Source of the DNA: Lytechinus pictus | Taxonomy: Eukaryota | Length of the DNA: 64,000 bases | Assembly (NCBI RefSeq): GCF_037042905.1 | Contig: NC_087247.1 | Span: 11,408,001 to 11,472,000 of the forward strand | Reading direction: 5' to 3' | Shown here: positions 1 to 12,600 of the stretch, piece by piece | Layout of the letters: every line of letters begins with the position of its first letter | Numbering within the stretch: position 1 is the first letter of the stretch | Made by a program: the position numbers and the translations under genes | Notes under the pieces: generated by a model | What the model saw: the letters and a program-made list of their open reading frames with translations, nothing else | Databases searched by the model: none | Told to the model about the DNA's origin: nothing

Positions 1-44
1 CTAAGTCAAATATTTGCCAGAGTCAAATAAATTCTTTAGACCAT

Positions 45-247
45 GGGGCCGTTTCACAAAGATTTAAGTATGACTTAGAGTTGTATCTAAATGCCGACAC
101 GTACATGATATGCAACACGCAATCATTGCGCAATAGTGCGCGTCCTCTTGGCACGATCTGACAAATGCGGACATGCATTTTATATCGCAGGCAACTAGGC
201 ATTTAAGTGCGACTCTAAGTTATACTTAAATCATGGTGAAACACCCC
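45..247. mobile_element. MITE with long imperfect terminal inverted repeats (TIRs)
   Basis: ggggccgtttcacaaagatttaagtatgacttagag / ctctaagttatacttaaatcatggtgaaacacccc. Confidence 0.75.
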
Positions 248-491
248 CCTCCCCTCTCCTCTCCTAGGTAAAATTTCTCCTCTAAGTGGAACAGATTCCT
301 GTGGAGTCCCAAAATATTCGACTAATGCAGAGTTTCCCTTACTTCTACATGTGTCATCCAACATATACCTTGCCATACTTTTTAACTTGCTAAGCTGATG
401 ATGCCAAATGAAGTAAAATCCAATATTGCATCACAATATACCAAATTGAACGATTTTATTAAAAAGGAGGGAGTCTTATTTGGATTGTTAC

Positions 492-604
492 CTTTGAGGA
501 AGACCTTATATGCATCATCTGTTGACTTGACCTCTATCTCAGTACACATCGCAACATACATGTTATGATTGCAATCTTCTCTCAGAATTCTTGGTGTCAA
601 ACCC
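492..604 (-). CDS. KIF23: KIF23 exon 9
   Basis: [37 protein letters not shown]. Confidence 0.93.
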
Positions 605-3600
605 CTAAAAAGTAAATGAAATAGGAAAAAAATATGGTTAAAATTTTTTTTTTTCAGAGTGGACATCATAATGCAAATGGGCATGAGAACAATGAAAGAG
701 AAAGTAAACATTAATGTACAATTGAAAGGTACATAGGTATGGCATTCATCTTCTCTACATTTATGACAAATTTTAAGACACACACACACACACCCAAATA
801 AGGAAAGTACCATTCTGTATTGTTTTTGTCTTTAGGTAACATCCACAACCAGCCTTGTTTAACCAATTCCGATTCTTATTCTTGACTTACATATAGACCA
901 AATTTACAAGACCCTTTCTTACATATAGACCAAATTTACAAGACCCTTTCCTTGCATTAAAAATTGAATACTGCATGCTAAGCAACATACATGTACTATT
1001 CAATACAAGTTTAACAGTACTAAATTACTTTTAGTCAAACTTTGAATTGCATATCCATTGTAGATGCCCAACTCTACCCGAACTTATATTGACTACTGAA
1101 GTTCTATTACAATCATTTTTTTAACAAGAGATATGCAATATATTGCAAAGAGACAATGAATTGGATTATTTGAGTACAAGGTCTGCTTTGCGTAGCAGTA
1201 TTTTTTTTAATGTTTTCAATATCATTTCCTCAAAGTTATTTGAAAAGCTAATAGCCATTAACTAAAATCTTCATAATCTAAAGCCCCCATCACACTTATT
1301 CCGAATCAAGCAGAATTGGCCAGAATGAAAGGACTATTGTTCGACCACCAGTTGGTCATTTAAATCTACTTCCAACACCGTTCGAAAATACCCCTCGAAT
1401 GTTTTGAACATGACCAAAACCTTCGGGACGGCCAAAAGAAATGACAAAATATTTCGAATGCACTCAGAATATTTAGAATGTGCCTAGAATGTCCAAGAAT
1501 ATAGCACGAATTATCAATCTGACTCCATTGCAGTTCATTTTTACTAGTGTATGATGATTCACCTGGTCAATTTACTGAATTTCAACTCCAGTTTGGTGAA
1601 TTCATAAGTTCCTCCCAAAAATTTCTAGATTTTTGAATACTTTTTTTGTTCCAGCTTCTGCTTGATTCCTGCTGATTCCGACTAAGTGTGAGGGGGGCTT
1701 AAGGTAAATAAAAGCTGAAAAGGAATATCACCTAAACACAATTATAAACAGGCCTTGAAATTCCTTACAACAAAGAGGAGCATGTTTTGGGTTTTTTTTC
1801 ATATAGCCTTCTACATGTACATTCATACTAAAATAGCTGCAAAAGTGCCTTTTACATGCAAAATGACTAATGCCTCAGATGATCTTTGTAGGTTTGCATG
1901 GTGGAGTTAATGACGTGGAGACGGTTTACGGTCGGTCCACCATGTGTAATATGAAGAAGGGAAAGGAAATACAGGCAGAAAATTGAAATGGAAAGACAAG
2001 AAAGGGTGAAAAGAGGAAATTAGAAGTATTCTTTTTCGACTAATGACTAATTGTTAATATGCATATAAAACTTAACAGTGAATTAGCTTTGAAATATAAA
2101 CAAATAGTAACTGTATGCACTTCAGTCACAGGGAAAATGAGAGGACAGCATCAAGTGGAAGGGAAAATAAATTAATATAATAATTAATCATAAATTGAAT
2201 AAAATAATGTGTAGGCTTCTACCAACCCTGAACAATATATTTTGACAGGCTTTAGAATGTCCATGAGAGTGGATGAGAGCTTGTCAAAAATATTATTAAG
2301 GTTGGTAGAAACTTACATACTTTGCTTTGATACAGAACTTAATACATCAGATCAGAATCTCTAAAGCGATTTACATATAAATAGAATAGTGAGTAGAATT
2401 TGGTAATACAAATTTGTTTAAAACAAAACATGATTGAAAGAAGAGTGATACTAAAACCACTTTAATAACACCATTTTCAATCACTGCACTTAGTTGTGAA
2501 GTGGCCCTAATTAAAAAGAACTAAACAGAAAAGCAAAGCAGGAAACATAAAACCAGCTATAAAATAAATATGAAATAAAGAAACCAAACAGAAAACTCAA
2601 TAACATACATTTCATCTCTGTTCCAACGATTCCTGGTGTAAGCAACAAGGTATTGAAGAAAAAAGAGAAATGTATAAAATCATAAAGTACATAAACATAA
2701 TGAATAAGCGTTAGGGACGTGTAACTTCATAGCTTCATTTCATTGGGTGAACTGTATGGTAAAGTGATGTGAACCTCCAAGTTGGCATGATAACATGAAA
2801 TGAGTTACAAATGATTAACAAACAGTGGAACATGACTTTTATACAATGATTGTGACATGTATGTCAACACACAGTTATGACAATGTCATTTGACCCCATG
2901 ATCTAATGGTGATTAAAATCACTGAGCACCAAATGTGCCGAAAAAATTTAACCTTTGGTGTATGAGGTTTAATAGTGTCAGTCATACTTGCCAGCATTTA
3001 GAGATATGCAAAATCTGGACAGCCAAGCCCAAAGGCCGAGGGTCCAGAGGGCCGACTGAGACCCTGGGAATGAGGCAGGGGTCAAGATGGAAGTTCCCCC
3101 TGAATATCCTGTATTTTAGCAACTTTAACCTTAAAAGGACTGGGCTATTAAAGATGTATTAAGGAGTGAATGGCTCTATTTATCAGCACATCCTGATTTT
3201 TTTTTTGCCATTTTGAAAGTTGAAAATCAGGACCATCCTGATAAAATCAGGACAGTTGGCAGGTCTGGGGTATTCATCGATATAATTACTGAACTTGAGA
3301 TCAGAGTATGAATCAAACCCAAGATTAGAATACAGGCATTTATGTTTCAAGATACTCACTTTGAATGGAGTGAGTAGGGAACCTCCTCTAGGAGGTCAAA
3401 GATCTGATTGTTGTAGATCTCAACGTAGGAAACATAGATGGCATAGTTGTTATCCTCGTCCACGGTGCTGAGGCAAGTAGGGTCCGGAACCCGTACAAAG
3501 TTGTCCAAGTCCGGAAAAGCTTTCCTGGGGATTGAAAAAAGAATCAATGGTTCACAACTGATAAAGACCTGCAAACATCAAACATCCTTCTACATTATTA

Positions 3601-6600
3601 TTTAGTTGGAGAAGGGCAATTATTACCCTTCTGCAACTAAATACTGAGTGGCAAGATGGCAGGAAGAAGGTCCCATAATACCTCTGTTGTAATCAATGCT
3701 TGGGCAGATTTGCCAACATTTGAAATGCAGAAAACTGAACCAAATATTGCGAGAGAGCAAAGCGACCAAGGGGGTGTCCCCCTCCCACGGTAGGGAGCTT
3801 TTGCATTTTTGGACTTACAATTGTGCAAACTGGTATCTTGAGAGAAAATTCAGCCTCAAGAATAACTCTACTTGGGTGTGTTATGATTTGCCCAACCAGA
3901 ATACAGAAATGGATAATTGAATATATTAAAAAACAATATTAATAATTGACACACTAAAAGATGCACCCAAATCCATACTCACAAAATCTGAATGTTAAGT
4001 TTTTTAGGGAAATTAAATCTTCAACAAGTGGAACGCCTCTGGCAGTCTCGCCTGCATTACGCGATTTAATATAGCAGCAGTGCTAACTTTGAAAACTACT
4101 ATTAAATAATCATTCACAAAAACACCATTCATATAATGACATAATACCACGTTCATTGACCATAAATGACATTTGAACGGTGACTTAAGACTTGTCAACT
4201 ACACCCATGTCCACACTTCATTCACTCTATCCATAAACTTTCAAAGTTATGATGGCAATTCAACAATTACCCTTACATGGCCTAAGTTTATTGACCTTAA
4301 CTGACCTTTGAACTTGGTTTTGTGACCTGAAACTCACAGGGGATGTTCAGTGATACTTGATTACTCTTATATCCCAAGTTGTATGAACTAGATCCATAAA
4401 CTTTCAGAGTTAGGATGGTAATTCAACAAATACCCCTAACACGGCCAAAGTTCATTGACGTTTAATGACCTTTGACCATGGTCATGTGACCTGAAACTTG
4501 TACAGGATGCTCAGTGATACTTGATTACTCTTATGTCCAAGTTTTATGAACTAGATCCATAAACTTTCAGAGTTAGGATGGTAATTTAACAAATATCCCC
4601 AACACGGCCAAAGTTCATTGACCTTAAATGACCATTGACCATGGTCATGTGACCTGAAACTCGCACAGGATATTCAGTGGTACTTGATTAATCTTATGTC
4701 CAAGTTTCATGAAAAAGATCCATAAATTTTCAAAGTTATGATAGTAATTCAACAAATACCCCCAACTTGACCAAAGTTCATTGACCCAAAATGACCTTTG
4801 ACCTTGGTCACGTGACCTGAATCTCAAGCAGGATGTTCAGTAATACTTGATTAACCTTAAGCTCAAGTTTCATGAACTAGGTCCATATACTTTCTAAGTT
4901 ATGATGTCATTTCAAAAACTTAACCTTCGATTAAAATTTTGAAAATAATTCTCCCAACATGGTCTAAGTTCATTGACCCTAAATGACCTTTGACCTTGGT
5001 CATGTGACCTGAAACTCAGGCAGGATATTCAGTAATACTTGATTAAGCTTATGTCCAAGTTTCATGAACTAGGTCCATATACTTTCTAAGTTATGATGTA
5101 ATTTCAAAAACTTAACCTTAGGTTAAGATTTGATGTTGACGCCGCCGCCGGCGTCGGAAAAGCGGCGCCTATAGTCTCGCTCTGCTATGCAGGCGAGACA
5201 AAAACTGGACGGTTCAGTTAAAAAGTGAATGGTAGGCAACACTGCTTGGGTTTCAAAGCTACCATCTCCTACTCTATCACTGATATCTAGAAAAAATACA
5301 CGTTCCAAAATATATAATTACAAATCAATATGAAAACCACAAAGATCCAATGCAAGTTTTATTGAATGTGGATCATTATTGTCCAAATGTAACTGCCTCG
5401 AAGCCATGCAACATTGCCTCTGGCATGTAGGCGCATTGTGATCCAGTGGTTACGACTCGTCTTTCAATCGGAGGGACGTGGGTTCGAATCCCAGCCATGG
5501 TGTGTTTTCCTTCAGCAAGGACTTTACCCACTGAAAGGCAGCTCGAGCTAAAGCTGGGGTATTAATAATAGTGCGCCTCGGAATAGATAATAGAAATAGA
5601 TTATTTCTAGATAGATGGCACTATATAAATGCCTACTATGATTTTTATCATTTCATTAAATGCATTTCATAAATGAAATTACGTCTCAGATAAAGGGGCA
5701 CACTTTGGCACTTAAGATTGCCTCCTAGTATACCTTAACACTTTGTGAAACTCCAAACCGGTCGACTAAAATTCAATTCAAAAGTGCGTCATAATGGATA
5801 TTTTGCATAACGTAGTCTAAATAAATGTGATTTGACTTTAATAGGAATACTTCACAGTACTAACTTTGGTTTTCTGCTAGGTGTGATGGGCGCACGAGCG
5901 CTTTGGGGTGTCCTGGGAGTGCGTGGGGTACGTGGTGCTACCGGCGGAGGCATCAACTCCTTCTTCTGTCTCTCCAACATAGCATCGGCCTCCGTCTGTA
6001 CATCCATGCCATTCACCCTGTCCGGCTTGAAAACCTACACAAGATTAACAAATGTTTTGAGTCAAGATTATGAAAATGGTTGATGAAGAAATTAAAATTT
6101 TCAACTTTTCAGTTTTCTATACTTACAGTTGTAATCTTTCTAGTCTTGAATAAGGGATACCCTAGTCTTACTTCTGACAAGTTAATTTTCTGTAAACACT
6201 TATCCAATTGTGATTTACTATTTAACCAGATATGTACATGTAGGACTGTGTGACTACACCAAAATGTCACTTTTCTTCAGTTGTGCAAGGTTTTGTAGTA
6301 GAGTGGAACTCGCATAAGTCGAATCTCTTGGGACTGGAGTTAGGATAGTGATTTTCCATTTACTGGAAAAGCAAAACAGAAAATTTGTTTTGGTTCTTTA
6401 CTTTTCACTTGGAAATTCATACAATATATAACTTTGAAAATATTCATCTTTTTTTAATGACAAAATAGAATTTCCATTTTAGATCAAATTTGGAAATGAA
6501 ATAAACAAGCTTTCGGAAATTGAAAATTCACTGTCCCTTCTGGAGGATTGACAAATTCTGAAAATCTGTTCGATGGTGGTTGGTACGTATTGATGATAAT

Positions 6601-9600
6601 AACTTACATATTTCCTGGCCTGTAGATCACCGAGGCTGTTGAAAAGGACATCAAGACACCTCGGCAGGACTCCTCCGTCCGTGGGTGTCCCCTGCATGGT
6701 GTACGTCTTACCCGACCCCGTCACTCCATACATAAACAGCAAAGCTGAAAAAGAAATCAGGATGAAAATGGATGAATACTGATAACACCAAGTTACATTG
6801 AGAATGTATTCATCCTCAGAAAAAAATTAGTAACTGCAAGGCCAAACCTTCAATGAATGATTCCCCACTATACTTTCTAAAACCTGGTAAAGTTGTATAC
6901 TAAATTTAAGATATCTGGTAACGGCCAATCATCTGAAATGATATTGGCAACAAATCAATACCAAAGTAATGATATTCATCTAAGAGCCTTGAAATACAAA
7001 GAGATAAAATCAATACATGTATTTATAAACAATTACAATTTGTACATGATTTGCCACATAAATAAAAACAAAATTAATTCTACTGTCCAATGTTTCTTTT
7101 AGTTTCAGAGCTAAGGGCTCTGTAAAGTTACAGAAAAATCCTAACAGTATCTTCAAAACATTAGAAAATTATGAATATCAAAATGTGAATCCCATATGTG
7201 ATTAAAAGTATAATTGATCAATTTTGACAAGTTTTACATTCACAAGAGCAATAAAATCCAATTCATCAAACTGTTTTTACAACTAAAATATAACTTTGTT
7301 GTTTTATAATGGGTTAGGAAGTGATAGTTGGTAATCTAAAAAGATAACTTACAATTCTTTCCATGGAGAAGGTCTTCAACCAATGGCAGTGCGATGCTGT
7401 CATACACTGCTTTCTGCGAGTATTCCTCGCTGAAAACAAATTTGAAGACATGCTGTGTCTGTAAGAAAAAGAGATCATGACCAAGAATTCTATCAATTTG
7501 CTCCAAAGCTTTTAAAAACATGATTTTAACAGTACACAAAAACACATATGATGAATATATTTTAATAAAAGATCGCTCATGGAAAGAAAGAGTAATACAA
7601 ATTGATGAATAAAGTATGGTCAAAAAGGGAAAACATGGAATTCCAAATAGGTAGAGAGATACATAGAGAGAGAGAGGGGGGGGGTGGAAGATAGATGGAG
7701 AGAGGGGGGGGGTGGAAGATAGATGGAGAGACAGGGAGAGGTGCATGGAGAAAAGGAAAGGAAGAGATCTATAGATAGCTGGAGAGAGACAGGAAGAAAG
7801 CACACTTCACAGACATCATATGAAATGTAAAATGTAAATTTACCTCTTTGTAATTGCCAGTTCTGAATGCATGAGAACCCTGTAATGAATAAACAACAGA
7901 AGTACTGTAAATAATTTTATAAGTGACTTTGCATTAAGTTTACATTTTCATTTTCAAGTCAGTTGAGCTACATCATGTATCTCAATATTTAAGTTCCATT
8001 TCGTATAAAACTTGAACTGGCGGATTAAGTGGGTTTATGAGAAGCACAGATTATTGCAGACATGCATACAAAAAGGCAGAGGTTCTGAATCATACCTCAG
8101 GTGGTTTGAGCTGGATTGTGTTGCTGTTGATGACCTCAATACACAGCTCCTCAATCTCTTGCAGTGGTCGCAACCTGCAGTAAACCTACACGGACACAAT
8201 AGAATACATTTCAAATGAATTAATCAAAGATATATTCATATTTACATTTCAACTAACGATGGATTGTGATGGAATGTCAAGTACGATGAAACCTGTCTAT
8301 AGTGACCACTAGGAACCACCCTTGGAAGGGAAACACAAAATGTGATCTTTATAGACAGATGGCTGCTATAGACAGGTTCTTATACACACAATCTGCCTCC
8401 ATGGGAACCAGTTTTAGTGGTCATTGTAGGCAGGTGGCCACTAACACAGGTTTAAATGGACATGTACAGTATGTATGTTTTTAATAATTTATGCATAAAA
8501 GCATTTTCACATCCCATAAACCCTTATATTTCTTTGAAAAATAAAAGGAAACAAAACTTTTATCCTCAATTTAAATCCAGCTACCCCCCCCCCCCATAAC
8601 TGATCCCTAATTATACCATTGTAAGTCAACTTATTTGGAATTTGCTGGAATACCTGGGGCGGTATTCTGAGGTCATTTTATCTCTCAAATATTTCATTTT
8701 ATCTCTTAAAATGAAATTGGTATTCTGAGATGACATTTTATCTCTCAGATAAAATTTACAATTTTTTCTTGCGTATAAATTTTATTTTGGGTATCCATAG
8801 ATTATACGCAACAGAACTATTGTCTGCGCAGACATACCCTTCGCGTATCTGGCCATTGCAACGCGGATGTGTGCTTGCGCCCATGTTACTTTGAAGAAAA
8901 AATGAAATAAACTTAAAAGAGGGTAGGGGCTATTTTATCTCTGCGACGTTAATTTCACCAATATTTCTAGGTGAATTAACCCAAATGTTGACATCAAAAT
9001 GAAGAAAAATTATATATTTATTGAGAATAACACCTTAACGTTATTCCTGTACAATCAGAAAGTATTTCATAAGACTTTTCTTCACTAATATAGTCTTTGA
9101 AATGATGCTTGAAAAGATGCGATATAGACTTCGAAAAAAGATGAGAGTATTGTCATTTTTGTTTAAAAAAAATCTCTGTAAAGACGCGCAAGCGTATACA
9201 AAGTCAATAAATTGACGCAATCTCACCCCTTTGCCACACCTCCTGGCGGAATGGATTTCCATTGGTTGAGTGACATGAGAATGCTATAAAAGCGCGTTTC
9301 TATTTGGATATTGATTAAAAAGTAGGTGTGTCTTACAGAGATAAAATGAAGATTTTGTTCTCAGAATACCGATTCGGAGAGATTTTAAGGGTATTTTATC
9401 TCACTGATTTTAACGGAGATAAAATATTTTATTTTATCTGAGATAAAATGTGAGATAAAATGGATCTCAGAATACCACCCCTAGTTTTTAAATGAAATTT
9501 GAACAATTTCATGGTATACAGCTTTAAATAACCTCCCATTTTTGCATTACAAAAGCAGTGTACTGTTAAGAATAATATCCGTTTATCAACAGATTCTGAT

Positions 9601-12600
9601 TATCTATTTCTACCAGGCATTTAGCTCAATTTTTAAAGTCCCTTAGTTTTAATGACCTGGTGGGTGTTTCATAAAGCTGTTCGTAAGTTAAGAGCGACTT
9701 TAAGAACGACTGGTGATCATTTCTTGTTGTTAATTGTATATTCATTGGCGATGGTTTAGCGCGTAGGCGATGGTTTAGCGCGTAAGAAATGTTCACCAGT
9801 CGTTCTTAAAGTCGCTCTTATTTTACGAACAGCTTTATGAAACGGGCCCCAGGGGTGGTATTCTGAGATCCATTTTATCTCAGATGAAATAAAATATTTT
9901 ATATCCGTTAAAATCAGTGAGATAAAATACCCTTAAAATCTCTCCGAATTGGTATTCTGAGAACAATTTTATCTTCATTTTATTTCTGTAAGACATACCT
10001 ACTTTTTAATCAATATCCAAATAGAAACGCGCTTTTATAGCTTTCTCGTGTCACTCAACCAATTGAAATCCATTCCGCCAGGAGGTGTGGCAAAGGGGTG
10101 AGATTGCGTCAATTTATTGACTTAAAAAACGCTTGCACTAAACGCTTGCGCGTCTTTACAGAGATTTCTTTTTAACAAAAAGGACAATACTCTCATCTTT
10201 TTGCAAAGTCTATATCGCATCTTTTCAAGCCTCATTTCAAGGAAAATATTAGTCAATACTCTCTGATTGTACAGGAATAACGTTAAGGTTTTATTCTCAA
10301 TAAATATATAATTTTTCTTCATTTTCATGTCAACATTTGGGGTTAATTCACCTAGAAATATTGGTGAAATCAACGGCACGGAGATAAAATAGCCCCTACC
10401 CTCTTATAAGTTTATTTCATTTTTTTCTTAAAAGTAATTTGGGCGCAAGCACATCATCCGCGTTGCAATACCCAGATACGTGATGGGTATGTCTACGCAG
10501 GCACTATTCTGTTGCGTATCATCTATATTTACGCAAGATAAAATCTATATGCAAGATAAAATTGTAAATTCTATCTGAGAGATAAAATATCATCTCAGAA
10601 TACCAATTTCATTATAAGAGATAAAATAAAATATTTTAAAGATAAAATGACCTCAGAATACCGCCCCAGTGCTTTATATTATATTTAAATAGCTTAGCCA
10701 TCCTCATCATCTGTTTCATCTACTTTCCTGCGGAGCACTACATATATGGAACAAATATATAGTTAGTAATTTTCACTGACAACTGTTAAAAACCACTGAA
10801 ATTATTGCAACTAATTGGCTCAGAAAAAGAAGCGTTGTTATGTAAAACAACCCTAAAAAGCACCGACAAGGTGCTTCATTAAACATTCAGCTGATCTCAA
10901 ATTAACTAGTACTTCAGAATCTTAAAGGTGCACCAATCAACCAAGATAAATCCGGAAGACAATGTCAATGATACTGGGTATATTATACAATAAAGTAAAC
11001 TAGTCAGGAAGACATGACAAAATGGCAAGATTCTGCATCTTGTTAATCAAGGCCGTGTAACATAGTGCACAGCAATTAATTTGAGGCCCATGTCTATGAT
11101 TGTATGCATTTATAATCGTGTATCATCAATAATAAAAACTCAGGTGAATCACAATCAATCGCGATCACTAGGCTTTATTTTACAGGGCCCAGACTTGACA
11201 AGGATGGGAAGGCAAGAAGGCATCCTCATCAAGTTGACTTTTTGTCTTCTTGTCAGACAAAGTTGACTTGACGAGAAAATTGATATTGACTTTTTACCTG
11301 TTTCAACCAGAGAATAATAGATTTGGTCCACTGAATCTAATGTTCTCTGGTTGAAACAGGTAAACAGGTAGTCAACGAATTGTGACTGGTACTGTACATG
11401 TACTTCCCATCAAGTTCACTCGATAAGACACAACACGAAATTTTCATCCTGAATTATTTTGTCATCTCCGATCACTTTTCACCTTCCGTATCTTACCTCT
11501 ACTGGGTCCTTAGCACAGCTAGGGGGCTTCCGAGGTGTCTTCTTAGGGGTCTTGCCTCGTCTAAAAAAAAACATGAAATGATACAAGAAATTATATTACA
11601 TTTTTGTCCCATGGCACTGGGCTCAGCAGCCAATCAAAATCAAGGTTACCATGGTAGTTGTCATAATGGCAAAGTTACAACAGTTGTAACTTTTTATGAA
11701 ACGTGGGGCCCCCAATGGGAAGGTTAGGAAAAAAAAATATTACTTTTTATTTCATTGAAGTATCTTTCGTATACAGTTAATCTTCTATGATAGCAGCAAA
11801 ATCACATCGATACATAGGAAGATGTCTAAATATGTCAACCCTCAGATGCACAAGGTTACAAATACAATTTTACATCCTTGTTTGATTGAAAGAAAGGAAG
11901 ACAGGAAGGAAAGAAGGAAGACAGAAAGCCAAAAAGAAAGAGAAGCAATAAAAGGAATTTAAAAAAGAAAGGAAAGAAAGAAAGAAAAAAAAAGAATGAA
12001 TTACACCTTAGTTCTATTACGGTACTTTTGTATGAATTGACAGAGTAAAAATGAGGAGCAATAAAAGGAATTTTAAAAAAAGATAAAAGGAAGGAAGAAA
12101 GAAGGAAAGAAAGAAAAAATAAAAGCTTCAGGGGAAAGAAATAAAAGAAATAAGAATGAAGAAAGGTAGAAAGATTTAAAAACAAATCAATAATGTATGA
12201 CATGATGATGCATGTTGAACATCATGTTATAAAACTAGTTCAACTTAAATTAAAGGAAGAGAAAAACATGATTGATAAAATGGGTGAAAAGATGAGTGCA
12301 AACGAAGCGACGCTGCATTGGATGTAGACCAAAAGCTTTGGTCTCTGTTATGTTGGTTGTTCCGTTGAACTCCATTGGCTCCACTCACCAAATACAGAGA
12401 CCGAAGTTCTAGCGCGATCTGTACAGGGGACTCAATGGCCATATGTTTATGTATTAAGTTCGGATAAAACAGGGAAGTGAAGTTGCGCGACAGCCGAAGT
12501 AAGTCACCATGGTCACTGTTTTTTCCCCTTTTAAGTTTATTTTTCCCAGTTTTGGTGCATTTCAGGCCAAAACGGAAACATCTTTATCTTGGTACAGTTC

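Noticed and set aside
1877-2030. Long AG-free pyrimidine tract and 9-bp hairpin (catggtgga / tccaccatg) in the KIF23 intron as a second microexon
   Set aside because: No convincing donor yields a frame-preserving exon after the first AG.
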